Notes under the pieces: model-generated
Databases searched by the model: none
Told to the model about the DNA's origin: nothing
Seen by the model: only the letters and a program-made list of their open reading frames with translations
Assembly (NCBI GenBank): GCA_049320885.1
Contig: JBMORA010000001.1
Location: 274,622-338,621, forward strand
From: Thermodesulfobacteriota bacterium
GTDB taxonomy: Bacteria; Desulfobacterota; Desulfobacteria; Desulfobacterales; SURF-7
Reading direction: 5' to 3'
DNA length: 64,000 nt
Program-made: the position numbers and the translations under genes
In this document: positions 22,513-34,000 of the stretch, piece by piece
Layout of the letters: each line of letters starts with the position of its first letter
Numbering within the stretch: position 1 is the stretch's first letter

Positions 22513-23064
22513 TTATTTTTTCAATTTCTTTCTTGAGAGACCCGCGATACCGACCAAGCCGGTTCCCAGGAGGAACATGGTTGCAGGCTCCGGAACAGGA
22601 GCTGCGCCATTGAACTCGTCAACATGGCTGATTTTTCCGACGTTCTTAATACTGACGATTCCAGGAATATCCAGGTCAACCACTCCCCAAGCCAAATTAG
22701 ATACATTCCTGTAAAGGAAGGTGTTATAATCGCCGACATTTCCGGTTTTAATGAGAAAGTACAAGGGGGCGTCCGTGATAAAATCAATTGCAAACACTCT
22801 GTTATCTGTGTCTGTTGCTATCCACCAGTCGGTTCCAGGGCCGTCTTCATCATACTTTTCCTCCAGGATGATATCGGAAACGCCCAGCACCGTTTGAACC
22901 CAATTCAGTTCGGTTTCATCGCCGCTGTTTGCAAGATTGGTGGCCTGTAAAAATTCATCCACGCCACCCACGTCGATCGTCCCCGCATTGATCGTGAAAG
23001 ACCACGCCGCGCTGGAAAATACGAACAAACAAATGAAGCTGTAAAACATTACCATTCTTTTCAT
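22513..23064 (-). CDS. PEP-CTERM sorting domain protein
   Basis: Signal peptide; C-terminal VPEPATMFLLGTGLVGIAGLSRKKLKK. Confidence 0.93.
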   Translation of the reverse strand: MKRMVMFYSFICLFVFSSAAWSFTINAGTIDVGGVDEFLQATNLANSGDETELNWVQTVLGVSDIILEEKYDEDGPGTDWWIATDTDNRVFAIDFITDAPLYFLIKTGNVGDYNTFLYRNVSNLAWGVVDLDIPGIVSIKNVGKISHVDEFNGAAPVPEPATMFLLGTGLVGIAGLSRKKLKK

Positions 23065-23131
23065 GACCGTCTCTCCTTTGCCACACTGATTATTTTTTAC
23101 AACGCTATTTTCATCGTAGTGCCTTGATGGA

Positions 23132-23147
23132 AGCAACAAATAAGCCA
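23132..23147 (-). promoter_or_regulatory. Sigma54 -24/-12 promoter of PEP-CTERM gene 1
   Basis: Minus strand TGGCTTATTTGTTGCT, about 70 nt upstream of the ATG, with an AT-rich tract upstream. Confidence 0.7.
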
Positions 23148-23342
23148 AAAATAAATTCAAACAAGTAATTTAAAATTTAATTTTAATTTCAATTTATTAT
23201 ATTTTTTTCTACCGCTTCTCCAATCGCACATGAGGTATTTATGCAATATAGAATTATGAATTGTTTGCCACACTATTACTTTCATTTCTCATGGTACGAT
23301 GGTTCCCTGATCTGTACGGCTTTATGATAAGGAGCCGCCTGT

Positions 23343-23978
23343 TTATTTTTTCAATTTCCTTCTTGAGAGGCCCGCTATACCGACCAGGCCGGTTCCCAGC
23401 AGAATCATGGTCGCGGGCTCGGGCACCGCAGCCGGTGGATCATCAGGCATCTCGCTGATATAGCTGTCACTTAAGTCACCGATATTGATGACATGCATTC
23501 CAATGCGCAAATTGCCTCCAAGCATGGCGCTCAGTACATCGTTGAAAACCCCGTCAAACAGGAAGGACACCTGCTCCCCCGCATTGACGCCCCAGTCCGG
23601 GGCGGGCTTGTCCGCATCCTCGCCGAAATCGGCATCGAAGGAAATGTTATTTCCCTGGGGCAGGGTAAGGTTTACTGCGGGATGGAAGCCCACCCCACCT
23701 GTGGAATTGGCTGCGTGGAAAGACCCGTTTGCCAACAGATCGTCGGGAGTGTATTCAAACAGAATTTTGGCGATGGTGGAAATGTCCGGGCCATTATTAT
23801 AAATGGTGAACAGAACTTGATCTGCATTGAAAGAGGAGATGTCTCCGGAAAAATTATGGGAAAGATCAAGTCCCGGATTGTCATCCGAAGGGACATCGAC
23901 AAATCCGAATGGGATCGCCATGACCGGTGCGGCTATTAGTAGAAGCGCCACAAGTAACAATAGGATCCGTTTTTTCAT
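23343..23978 (-). CDS. PEP-CTERM sorting domain protein
   Basis: Signal peptide MKKRILLLL..VMA; C-terminal VPEPATMILLGTGLVGIAGLSRRKLKK. Confidence 0.93.
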   Translation of the reverse strand: MKKRILLLLVALLLIAAPVMAIPFGFVDVPSDDNPGLDLSHNFSGDISSFNADQVLFTIYNNGPDISTIAKILFEYTPDDLLANGSFHAANSTGGVGFHPAVNLTLPQGNNISFDADFGEDADKPAPDWGVNAGEQVSFLFDGVFNDVLSAMLGGNLRIGMHVINIGDLSDSYISEMPDDPPAAVPEPATMILLGTGLVGIAGLSRRKLKK

Positions 23979-24056
23979 AGGCCCTGTTCCTTTCAATATA
24001 TCAAAGTTCCTTACTTGTTTACTTGTGTTGCAATTCATCGTGCTATCCACCTGAAA

Positions 24057-24072
24057 AGCAAATCCCGCGCCA
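24057..24072 (-). promoter_or_regulatory. Sigma54 -24/-12 promoter of PEP-CTERM gene 2
   Basis: Minus strand TGGCGCGGGATTTGCT, about 80 nt upstream of the ATG. Confidence 0.75.
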
Positions 24073-24363
24073 TTTTTCACCGCATGCCGGAATAATTTTT
24101 TTTGCTATTTTTCCTGTGGGTTAGTATTCTCTTGACAGACGCTTTGCACAATCAAATCCGGTGAATTGAGCCAGCTGGCCGCAAAATTTCTATAACATTT
24201 TTTACATATCCATAACACCAGTGGTGTCATGATGTATGAATGACCGCAAATTCAATCAAAGATCCGGCATGCCAACATATGGAATTCCGGCGATAGTCAT
24301 TTGACCTAGCCACCAGACCGGACCGGATGGAATTCAAACACGCCGCACTTTTCCGGAGGGTCG

Positions 24364-26343
24364 CTACCCGTCGGCTTGTTTGCTTTTATCCAGGACTCGC
24401 CTGACAGCCCGGGCCAGCTCGCGCTTTAATATGGGTTTGTTGACCAGGGCGTGCACGCCTTGCGGCAGCTGGTCTCCGGATTCCAGCTGGGTGCTGAATC
24501 CGGTGCAAACAATGACGGGAAATTCCGGCCGGAACGCATGAATCCGGGCTGCCAGGTCAATACCGGTGAGATGGGGCATGGTCTGATCGCTGATGACCAG
24601 GTCGTATCGATCCGGACCGGCGAGAAAAGCCTGGAGCGCTTCAATGCTGCTGGCCCGCGACTCCACCTTGTATCCGAGTTCGGACAGCATCTCGACAATC
24701 AGTTCCCGGACGATCTCCTCATCATCCACCGCGAGAATCGCCTCATTGCCGCCGGGCAAGAATTCCTGGTTCGAAGCTTCTTCCCGGACGGTTGCATCGA
24801 TGCCGGGCAGATAAATCTGGATGGTGGTTCCTTTACCGGGTTCGCTGTATACCTTGACGGCCCCGTTCAAGTTCTTAACGATCCCATGCACCACGGAGAG
24901 CCCCAACCCGGAACCTTCGCCTTTTACCTTGGTGGTGAAATAGGGATTGAACATTTTTTCCATGGTTGTGCGGTCCATACCGTGACCGGTATCAGCCACG
25001 GTCAGCCGGATGAAGCGTCCCGGCCGCAAGTCCAGAAAATCACCGCTGGTGGATTCATCGATCTCAAAACGCGTCAAACGAACGCGCATGGTCCCGCCCT
25101 TTTCCCTCATGGCGTGAAAGGCGTTTGTGCAGAGATTCATGACAATCTGGTGAAGCTGGGTCGGGTCGGCATATACCTCGCCGACATCCGGATCAATCTC
25201 GGTTTCAAACAGGATGGTGGAGGGAATCGAAGCGCGCAGCAGGGCCAGGGCCTCCGTGACCACAGGACCGACGGCCGTCGGTTTCAGTACGGGCTCGGAT
25301 TGCCGGCTGAACGCCAAAATCTGACCGACCAAGTTCCGGGCGCGCTCTCCGGCCTGGAACACCCGGGACAGACGCCGGTGAAGCGAACCGCCCGGCATGG
25401 CCTCCGCCAGGGACATTTCCGTGTATCCCATGATGGCGGACAAAATATTGTTGAAATCGTGGGCGATGCCGCCGGCCAGGGTGCCGATGGCTTCCATTTT
25501 CTGGGCCTGGATCAGCTGCTGCTCCAGCTTTTTCACCTGGGTGATGTCACGAACAAAATTCAGGATGGCGGACCGTTCCTGCCAGCGCGTTCGAACGGCG
25601 TTGATCTGCAGCCAGAGGACATCCCCCGATTTATTCATCGCCCGGAACGTGAAATACCCGAGATTCGAGTTTCTTTTCAATTTGTCCATGTAATGCTGCA
25701 ACAAAACGCCGCGATCCTGGGGATGAACCATCTGTTTGAAAGGAATCCCGGCCAGTTCCTCCATGGTGTATCCAAGCATGCTCAAGGTGCGGGGATTGGC
25801 GAAAATGATATGATCCTCGCGGGTGATAAAAATGGCGTCATGGGCGTTTTCCACCAGCAACCGGTACATTTCCTCGGATTCGCGCAGGACCCTGGTGCGC
25901 TCATCCACCAGGTTTTCCAGATGCCCGGTATATTGTCGGAGTTTTTCCTCAAGAGCTTTCTTCTCCTGGGTATTGCGGGCGACGCCATAAACCTGAAGAA
26001 GATTTCCCGCTTCATCGTATACGGCCCGGGTTCGTATCTGAATCCATATTCGTTGCCCATCGCGATCCAATATCTGCAGATCCCACGGCTGTTCCACCGG
26101 TTCGCCGCGCCGCTGCTTCTCGGTTCGCCATTGCGCCTCGGCAATATATTCGGGGGGAAGTAAGGTTTGAAAATCGAGGTTGCGGATCTCTTCCGGGGAG
26201 TAGTGCACCACCTGTTGCCATGAGGGACTGAGATAGGTGATCCGGCCATCTGCGTCGTGGCTGAACACCACGTCCTCCAGATGCGCCAACATTTCCTTGT
26301 AGATGGCGAGATCTTCGGAAACGTTCGGCAGCGGGGTTTCCAT
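24364..26343 (-). CDS. PAS hybrid histidine kinase with receiver domain
   Basis: Two PAS domains, [18 protein letters not shown], receiver [10 protein letters not shown]. Confidence 0.92.
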   Translation of the reverse strand: METPLPNVSEDLAIYKEMLAHLEDVVFSHDADGRITYLSPSWQQVVHYSPEEIRNLDFQTLLPPEYIAEAQWRTEKQRRGEPVEQPWDLQILDRDGQRIWIQIRTRAVYDEAGNLLQVYGVARNTQEKKALEEKLRQYTGHLENLVDERTRVLRESEEMYRLLVENAHDAIFITREDHIIFANPRTLSMLGYTMEELAGIPFKQMVHPQDRGVLLQHYMDKLKRNSNLGYFTFRAMNKSGDVLWLQINAVRTRWQERSAILNFVRDITQVKKLEQQLIQAQKMEAIGTLAGGIAHDFNNILSAIMGYTEMSLAEAMPGGSLHRRLSRVFQAGERARNLVGQILAFSRQSEPVLKPTAVGPVVTEALALLRASIPSTILFETEIDPDVGEVYADPTQLHQIVMNLCTNAFHAMREKGGTMRVRLTRFEIDESTSGDFLDLRPGRFIRLTVADTGHGMDRTTMEKMFNPYFTTKVKGEGSGLGLSVVHGIVKNLNGAVKVYSEPGKGTTIQIYLPGIDATVREEASNQEFLPGGNEAILAVDDEEIVRELIVEMLSELGYKVESRASSIEALQAFLAGPDRYDLVISDQTMPHLTGIDLAARIHAFRPEFPVIVCTGFSTQLESGDQLPQGVHALVNKPILKRELARAVRRVLDKSKQADG

Positions 26344-26568
26344 GGGACGGACCTCTTACAGCCGGCTCAATTTGGTTTATTATGGGGGCGTTGTATCAGT
26401 TCTGCTTGCTGTTATCAAATATTACCCGAGGCCAATAGGAGTGTCAAGGCTAACAAGGTCGGGCAAATGCCTGCATCGGTCCCCCAAATGGAACCTGAGA
26501 GACATGCTGCACCTCCCGGCGAGGTCGGATGAAATGGATGGGCGCCATCCGGAGTTACCATCAAAACA

Positions 26569-26961
26569 TCAGGCCATTTTCAGCAACCCGTGAATGGATT
26601 TCAGCAGCAACTCCTTATCCACCGGTTTATCAATGAAAATATCGGGCGAAAAATACTCCTGATCGGTTTCCTTATCGAAGGTCACCCCCACCTCATCCGC
26701 CATGGCGGAAATCCCGATAATAGGCAGATGCTTGAATTCTTCGCTGTTGCGAATTTGCCGGCACAGTTCGAATCCGGAAAACAGATTTTCCATCATCACA
26801 TCCAGCAAGATCAGATCAGGAGGTTGCGCTTGTATCCGCTCCCAGCCGGTCTTTCCATCTTCGGCGGCGATGACATCAAATCCGTTGCGTTCCAGGAATA
26901 AACCCATTGTGAATCGAAAATCAGGGTTATCATCCACCAGGATTATTTTCTTTTTTTCCAT
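26569..26961 (-). CDS. Single-domain response regulator
   Basis: IILVDDN, DLILLDVMM, ISA and KP motifs; GGAGG RBS. Confidence 0.9.
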   Translation of the reverse strand: MEKKKIILVDDNPDFRFTMGLFLERNGFDVIAAEDGKTGWERIQAQPPDLILLDVMMENLFSGFELCRQIRNSEEFKHLPIIGISAMADEVGVTFDKETDQEYFSPDIFIDKPVDKELLLKSIHGLLKMA

Positions 26962-27007
26962 GGTTTCCTCCATCCGATTGACTTGTAAATTCAAACGCAT
27001 CCATGCG

Positions 27008-28099
27008 CTACTGAAAATTGAGCACCACACGGAACAAACTTCCGACACCGGTCTTCGACAACACATCGACCCTGCCTTTATGCTGTCGCACGATCCGGTC
27101 CACCACAACCAGACCAAGTCCTGTTCCGGAGTTCCCCTTTGTCGTAAAAAAATCCCGGAACAAATTCCGTTTGGTACTTTCATCCATCCCTTCACCGGTA
27201 TCTTCCACTTCGAACATGTATTGTCGCTTATTGAAATAGTCCGCCCGGATGTACACCATGCCGTTCTTCATGGCACCCGTTCGCCGGCAGGCCTCGATGG
27301 CGTTCCAGACAAGATTACCGAGCATCCTGACGACGCCGCCCTGATCCACCTTGACGGCCGGCAGGTTTGGATTGATTTCATACACCAGCTGAATCCCCAT
27401 GGAACCGGCTTTTTCCTGAAAGAGTCCGACGACATCCCTGACCAGCAGGGCAGGATTCACCAGTTTCATTTCCGGCTCCCGTTTTTTGGAAGAGTATAAA
27501 ATATTCTGGGCAACCCTGGATATTTCGAAAATATTCTTTTTCACGATGCGCCAGCCCTTCCCCGCCAGCGTCATATCATTATCCTTGATACCTTCTTCCA
27601 CCACATAGGCGCCTCCCTGCAGCCCCTCCAGGATATTCTTGATGTCATGGGAAAGGAAGGCCATGGACTGCCCCAGCAGGATCAGCTCGTTGTGCGCCTC
27701 CTTGACTTTAGTGATATTGATGGCGATCTTAATCACCGCCATAACGTTTCCCGGAATGCCGAGGAGCGGCGCCGTGCAAATAATGATCTGATGGAGATCC
27801 CCGCCCGACACTTTCAAGCTCCCTTCACTGATATGGATCTGTTTGTCCCGGAAGGTATCCGCCACCGGGCATTTCGTGCAGGGACTTGAAAATCCTTTCA
27901 GCAGATCGTGGCAGGTGCGCCCGGCCGGTTCGCCGAAATCGTTTTTTATGGTCTGATTCAAAAAGAGGAAACGATATTCCGGATCCAGGATGGATACATA
28001 GCAGGGCAGGGAATCCAGCACGCTTTTGAAACCGAGTTCCGGGATAACCTGCAGGTGTTGCGGCAGCGGTTGGGTCGCATGAAACAGGTGAGTGTTCAT
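27008..28099 (-). CDS. PAS-domain sensor histidine kinase
   Basis: PAS domain, H-box SHDIKN, NLVWNA, DTGEGM, FFTTK..GTGLGL. Confidence 0.9.
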   Translation of the reverse strand: MNTHLFHATQPLPQHLQVIPELGFKSVLDSLPCYVSILDPEYRFLFLNQTIKNDFGEPAGRTCHDLLKGFSSPCTKCPVADTFRDKQIHISEGSLKVSGGDLHQIIICTAPLLGIPGNVMAVIKIAINITKVKEAHNELILLGQSMAFLSHDIKNILEGLQGGAYVVEEGIKDNDMTLAGKGWRIVKKNIFEISRVAQNILYSSKKREPEMKLVNPALLVRDVVGLFQEKAGSMGIQLVYEINPNLPAVKVDQGGVVRMLGNLVWNAIEACRRTGAMKNGMVYIRADYFNKRQYMFEVEDTGEGMDESTKRNLFRDFFTTKGNSGTGLGLVVVDRIVRQHKGRVDVLSKTGVGSLFRVVLNFQ

Positions 28100-28602
28100 G
28101 AAGGTTTCACCCCACTCTCACGGGGACAGTCTTCGGATTGCGGCTTGGAGCGTCCGATGGTGACCACCTGACATTCCGAATACTTGGAAACATTGGCGGC
28201 GGTATGCAGCAAGCGACCGCGATGGGTTCCGGCCCGGCCGACAACCCCCATGACGATCATATCAATGGCATTTTCCCGGGCATATTGAATAATCTCAACA
28301 TCCGGCGAACCGAAACGAATCGCGAATTGATAAGCAGCGATTCCCTTCAGGCCATGCTCATATCGACTGCGCAAGGCTCGCAGGGCCTGCTCTTCTATTC
28401 CGGGTCGTTGCACCTTTTCATCCGGCTGTTCCGGTCCCTGGTCCGATGCCAGAACCGCGTCGGCGTCCGGGGAAAGCATGACATGCAGGATATGGAGCCG
28501 GGCGCCGTGAGACCGGCCCTGGTATACGGCGTGGGAAAAAGCAAAATGGGCGTCATCGGAAAAATCGCTGCAAAAGAGGATATTCCTCAGATGTTGCGTC
28601 AT
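28096..28602 (-). CDS. Universal stress protein
   Basis: ILFCSDFSDDA, LHILHV and IDMIVMG UspA pattern; ATGA overlap with the kinase. Confidence 0.88.
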   Translation of the reverse strand: MTQHLRNILFCSDFSDDAHFAFSHAVYQGRSHGARLHILHVMLSPDADAVLASDQGPEQPDEKVQRPGIEEQALRALRSRYEHGLKGIAAYQFAIRFGSPDVEIIQYARENAIDMIVMGVVGRAGTHRGRLLHTAANVSKYSECQVVTIGRSKPQSEDCPRESGVKPS

Positions 28603-28843
28603 CAGTGCCCTCTGATTTCGGTATAATCATGGAATGTTGAAAATCGAACCCGATGGCGTATATCATACCAAAAAAGTATGAAAAGGCAAGACATGAATTT
28701 TCCGGAAGCCCGGCCGATGGATCACCGCCGTGCCGGAATCGTCTTCGCAGGCCGCTGTTGACATCCGCAAGACCATGCCGGTATCGTCAGCCTCTGAAAA
28801 CCCGAACCTGACTGCCAACTTCAAAAAGACGGAAACAAACAAT

Positions 28844-29182
28844 ATGGAACAGATATCCTGGAATGATTTCTTGAAGATCGAGCTGCGTGTCGGCCGGATC
28901 ATCGAGGCCCGCGATTTTCCGGAGGCCAGAAAACCGGCCTATCTGTTGAAGGTGGATTTCGGCGACGACATCGGCGTAAAAAAATCCAGCGCCCAGATCA
29001 CCCGGCTGTATTCCGCCGCCGAACTAGTGGGCAAACTGGTGGTCGGCGTGGTCAATTTTCCGCCGAAACAGATCGGCCCAATCCGCTCCGAATGCCTGGT
29101 GACAGGCTTTCACAATCCGGATGGGGATGTGGTGCTCTGCGTACCGGAAAAAGAAGTGCCCCCGGGCACCCGGTTGCTCTGA
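28844..29182 (+). CDS. csaA: CsaA/Trbp111-like tRNA-binding export chaperone
   Basis: ELRVGRI, ARKPAY, KKSSAQIT and VNFPPKQIG motifs. Confidence 0.9.
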   Translation: MEQISWNDFLKIELRVGRIIEARDFPEARKPAYLLKVDFGDDIGVKKSSAQITRLYSAAELVGKLVVGVVNFPPKQIGPIRSECLVTGFHNPDGDVVLCVPEKEVPPGTRLL

Positions 29183-29363
29183 GAAAAAACCGGAGTTGGC
29201 GCCCGCGCTTAAGGCTGGATATGCCGGTCGATGCGGCTGCCGGGAACGGCGCTCACCCGTTCTATAATTCACGCATCATGATCCATGGCGATGGTCTCCG
29301 CCCCATGAAATCCGGCGGGTTTTATCACCTCCATGACGTTGCCAGACACCCGTCCCCATGTCA

Positions 29364-29873
29364 TCATGAGGCCACGTTATTGTCGCAGCCCGCCAGGCCG
29401 CAAAAAATCATGCGAAGCTCCCGGTCGCTCAAATTTTCGATGCGTTGGGTCAGGTCATCCTCCGCATCGCATTCGTCCCCGATTTCCACTTCACCGACAG
29501 GCGGGTCGGCGGGTCTTTCCACCCCGATGACTTCACAACGAGGCCGAACCAGCTCCAGGCGGAGCTCACGGTTGTTTTCCACCCAACGGTGGCATTCGTC
29601 GTGGGTGCCGACATACAGGACAAAGATCTCGCGGTTATGTTTGACCGTAATCAGCCGGTAGCCGTTGCCCAGATCGTATTTGACGCAATTCTTCAGACGC
29701 TGCTCGCCGTATTTGGTCACTGTGCCGACCTCGTCGAACATGACGCCCTGATGGCACAAACGCTCGATGATCTCATCCACTTTCTGGGCCGCGATTTGGG
29801 CCTTCTTGCCGTTTTTACGGATCACTTCAAGGCGTTTTCGGAATTTAGGATCCATACAGATACACTGCATCAT
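29364..29873 (-). CDS. Hypothetical protein with a possible RelE/ParE-like N-terminal fold
   Basis: KYDLGNGYRLITV...VLYVGTHDEC resembles the RelE beta-sheet; acidic C-terminus; ATGA-coupled to the upstream gene. Confidence 0.6.
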   Translation of the reverse strand: MMQCICMDPKFRKRLEVIRKNGKKAQIAAQKVDEIIERLCHQGVMFDEVGTVTKYGEQRLKNCVKYDLGNGYRLITVKHNREIFVLYVGTHDECHRWVENNRELRLELVRPRCEVIGVERPADPPVGEVEIGDECDAEDDLTQRIENLSDRELRMIFCGLAGCDNNVAS

Positions 29874-30583
29874 GATTGCGCCTCTGAAATGATCCCCGTC
29901 ACCCGGATCAACAGTTCGCTTTTTTCCTTGCTGTCGGTTTTCAGATGGATCACCCCCCAGTACCGCCCCACGGTCTTCAGCCTGTTGGCGATCGTCAGCA
30001 CATACCGGTCCTCCTCGCTACGTAGCGTAAAGGCAATCTTCTCTTTGAGCCCTTCATCCGCATGGGATTCAATGATGCGGAAAGGATAATCCGGCTCAGG
30101 GGTAATCCGTACGGTGGTTTCAGCGGGCTTGCCGGCTTCCGCCCGCATCAAGGCCTGCCGGGGTTCGATACCGACGAAACGCCGCACCCTGCCGTTGATA
30201 TAGAGTTTGACTTCAGGTTCCTGCCGGTCGTTACTGATGACCGTGATGGTTTTTGAAAACCCGGAACCGCCGTATCCCTCTGTATTCCCCTTGATAACGA
30301 TTCGGCCCGTCCCCCCCGGCGGAATGACCCGGGTATAGTCCGCCGTGGTGCAGCCACAGCTTGTATGAACATTCTGAATCATCAAATCCGCCTTGCCGCT
30401 ATTTTCAATCCGGTATTCATGTTCGATAACGGCACCCTCCAGGACCGGCTTGAAATCGAAGCGCGGCTCCCGGACAGATATCCGCGGCCCTTCCAAGGCT
30501 TCCTCAAGCGCTCCGGACCAGTCCGGCAACGACAGAATCATCACCGCCCCAAAACATGCCGCCACCCAAATCCATCGTTTCAT
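29870..30583 (-). CDS. DUF1573-domain exported protein (SCGC motif)
   Basis: Signal peptide; NSGKADLMI..VHTSCGCT...IPPGGTG..SND Ig-like DUF1573 pattern. Confidence 0.85.
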   Translation of the reverse strand: MKRWIWVAACFGAVMILSLPDWSGALEEALEGPRISVREPRFDFKPVLEGAVIEHEYRIENSGKADLMIQNVHTSCGCTTADYTRVIPPGGTGRIVIKGNTEGYGGSGFSKTITVISNDRQEPEVKLYINGRVRRFVGIEPRQALMRAEAGKPAETTVRITPEPDYPFRIIESHADEGLKEKIAFTLRSEEDRYVLTIANRLKTVGRYWGVIHLKTDSKEKSELLIRVTGIISEAQS

Positions 30584-30607
30584 CTCCGTTCCTTTCTTCC
30601 TTTTCCT

Positions 30608-31048
30608 TTATATGGCCGCGGCAGAGCGGCCATGATACAATCCGATGGGACTGGGTCCCAGTTTCCGGATCCTGTCGGTCATTTCGATGGCGATTTCCGC
30701 GAACCGCGGTCCCATGGCCGACGACAGGTTGAACATGGCCACCCGTTCCGGCTCCATCCCGATTTGGCCGAGGATCTGTTTGACATACTCCACCCGCTTT
30801 CTGACTTTCAGATTGCCGGAAATGAAATGACATTCCCCTTCCAGACAACCGGCCACAACCACACCGTCGGCCCCGTCCTCCAGCGCTTTCATGAGATGCA
30901 AAACATCCACCCGGCCCGTACAGGGAACCTGAACGATCTTGATGTTTCCGGGATAGCATATGCGCATGGACCCGGCCAAATCCGCCGCCGCGTAGGCGCA
31001 ATATTTACAGCAATAGGCCAAAATCCTGGGTTCGAATGCTTCGGTCAT
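30608..31048 (-). CDS. mvhD: MvhD-type [2Fe-2S] subunit (copy 2)
   Basis: YCCKYCAYAAAD, VPCTGRV and GCLEGECH motifs. Confidence 0.93.
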   Translation of the reverse strand: MTEAFEPRILAYCCKYCAYAAADLAGSMRICYPGNIKIVQVPCTGRVDVLHLMKALEDGADGVVVAGCLEGECHFISGNLKVRKRVEYVKQILGQIGMEPERVAMFNLSSAMGPRFAEIAIEMTDRIRKLGPSPIGLYHGRSAAAI

Positions 31049-31059
31049 CAACCCTCCGT

Positions 31060-34000
31060 TCATCCTAAAGCGGTCATGGCTGTCATGTCGTCAAAAAAGG
31101 CATGGGATTTGGCCAGCAGTTGTTCATCCGTAAAATGCTGCAAGGTGATCACCTTGGCCGGGCATTCCGCTGCGCAGATGCCGCATCCATGGCATTCCGC
31201 CGCCTCAATGACGGCCCGCCCTTCTTTCACCCTGGGAACGCCGTAGGGGCAACTGCGCACACAGACGAGGCAGCAGGCGCAATGATCCGGATCCCGCACA
31301 TGGGCAACGACGCCGCCCACGCGGATCCCGTCCCGGGCCAGCAGGGTCATGGCCCGGGCCACGGCGGCCCGGGCCTGGGCGATGGTCTCGTCCAGGGACT
31401 TGGGGTAATGGGCCAGGCCGGCCATAAAGATGCCTTCCGAGGCGAAATCCACGGGCCGCAGCTTGGCATGGGCTTCCACCAGAAATCCGTCGCTGTTCAC
31501 CGGCACCTTGAAAAGTTCAAACAACTCCCGGTTCTCGTTGGGCAGGATCGCCGAGGCCAGCACCAGCAGATTCGGCTGAAGCGTCACGGTCCGGTTCAGG
31601 ATGTGGTCTTTCCCGCTGAGGGTCATCCGCTTGTCTTCAGACAGCGTGACCTCGGGAGGCTCCTGCTCGTCATGGCGGATGAAAATGACTCCGGCCCGGC
31701 GCGCCTCGGTGTAAAGCGTTTCTCGGAAGCCGTAACTGCGGATGTCCCGGTAGAATACGAAAACGGCGGTTTCCGGCTTCATCGCCTTGATGGAAAGGGC
31801 GGATGTCAAGGTATGGGTGCAGCATACCCGGCTGCAATAGGGCCGCTCCGCCGTGCGCGAGCCGACGCACTGAATGAAGGCGACGGTGCCAGCCTTGCGG
31901 ACCCGTTCCGGCTCGCGCTCCATGACCGCATCCAGCTCCAGATGGGTCAGGATGTCCGGATGATCGCCGTAATGAAACTCCTCCGGACGGCGCTCCCGTC
32001 CGCCGGTGGCCAGGATGACAGCGCCGTGCTTGACGGCCATGGAGGTCAGCCGCCCTTTCCCGGTGATCAGTTCAGTCTTGAAATTCCCCAGGATGCCGCT
32101 GAAATCCACGGTTTCAGTGTGTAGGAAGAGACGCACCCGGGGATTCTTGTGGATCCGCCGGATCAGGTTCTCCACATAAAACCGGACTTCTTCCCCCTGC
32201 CAGGTCCTGGACAACCCCAGCGCCACACCGCCCAATTCCCCCGATCGTTCCACCAGATAGGTCTGGTACCCCTGGTCGGCCACTCCCAGGGCCGCTTCCA
32301 TACCGGCTACGCCGCCGCCGATCACCAGCACCGAAGGCTCCACGCCCAGGGTGACCTGGTGCAGGGGTTCGATATGGGCCGCCTTGGCCACCGCCATGCG
32401 CACCAGATCCTTGGCCTTGGCCGTGGCCGTTTCCGGCTGGTGCATGTGCACCCAGGTGTTCTGGTCGCGGATATTGGCCATTTCGAACAAATACGGGTTC
32501 AAGCCCGCTTCCCGAATGGTTTCCTGAAACAACGACTCATGGGTTCTGGGCGAACAGGAGGCCACCACCACCCGGTTGATGCCCTTTTCCACCAGCACCT
32601 GTTTCATGCGGTCCTGGTTGTCCTGGGAACAGGTGAAGAGGTTGTCTTCCACATGCTCCACATGGGGCAGGTGGCGGGCATACTCCCGCACGGCGGGAAC
32701 ATCGGCCACGCCGCCGATGTTGATGCCGCAATTGCAGACAAAAACGCCGATGCGCGGGGGCTCGTTGGAAAAATCTTTTTCCGGCGGCAGTTCCCGTACC
32801 CGGGTCAGGGAATTCCGGACCGGCGCCAGCAACCGGGCCGCGTCGGCCGCCGCCGCCGAGGCTTCCATGACGGACTGGGGAATGTCCTTGGGTCCCTGGA
32901 AAGCGCCGCAGACGAAGACTCCCTGCCGTGAGGCGCTCACCGGCGCCAGATCTCCCGTGCGAGCGAAACCGTGTTCATTGAGTTCGATGCCGAGGACCCC
33001 GGCCAGACGCACGGAGCCCGCAACGGGCGTAAGGCCGACGGATAACACCACCATATCGAAAATCTCTTCCACGATTTCTCCGGCCTCCGTCACATAACGC
33101 AAGCGCAGATTGCCGTCGGGCATGGGCTCCACCGTATGCACCCGGGAACGGATGAAGCGGATCCCGTGCTCTGCTTCCGCCCGCCGGCAGTAGCGGTCGA
33201 ATTCCTTGCCGAAGGTCCGCAGATCCATATAAAACACCGCTGCATCCAGCGGTTTGACGCTGTGTTCCTTGGCGATGACAGTCTGCTTGGCGGCGTACAT
33301 GCAACAGACCGAGGAGCAGTATTCGTGATCGCATTGGTTGATATCCCGGGAGCCCACGCACTGCAGCCAGGCGATTTTGTCCGGCTCCCGATGATCCGAC
33401 GGCCGGACCAGATGCCCCTGGAAGGGACCGGAAGCGGACAGCAACCGCTCGAATTCCAGGCTGGTGACCACATTGGGATGGGTCGCATAGCCGTACGGCG
33501 CATGGGGACCGGGATCGAAAGACACAAATCCCGGCGCCAGGATGATGGCGCCAACGGCAATGGTGGTCCGCAGGGGCCGCATGTCGTGATTCACGGCCTT
33601 GGCCAGGCAGGCGTCCACGCATTGGAGACATTCCGAGCAATATCCGCAATTCAGGCAACGCTCTGCTTCCATCCGCCCCTGATCCGGGGTGTAGCCGAGT
33701 TCCACCTCCCTGAAATTGCCGCGGCGCTCCGGGAGAGGCAGCTCCGGCATGGCTGCGCGGACCTTGACCGGCTCACCTTCCGGAACGGATCGGTGGACCG
33801 GATTGTCCGGAACCATTTTTTCCCTTCCCGCGGCCAGGTCCCGGCCGTCCAGATACCGGATAATGGATTCGGCGGCCTCCCGGCCGGCGGCAATGGCGCC
33901 GATGGCGATCCATGGTCCGGTCTGCAGATCGCCGCCAGCAAAAACGCCTTTTCTTGCGGTTGCGAAGGTCACGGGATCCGTCGCCACCGTGCCCCAACGG

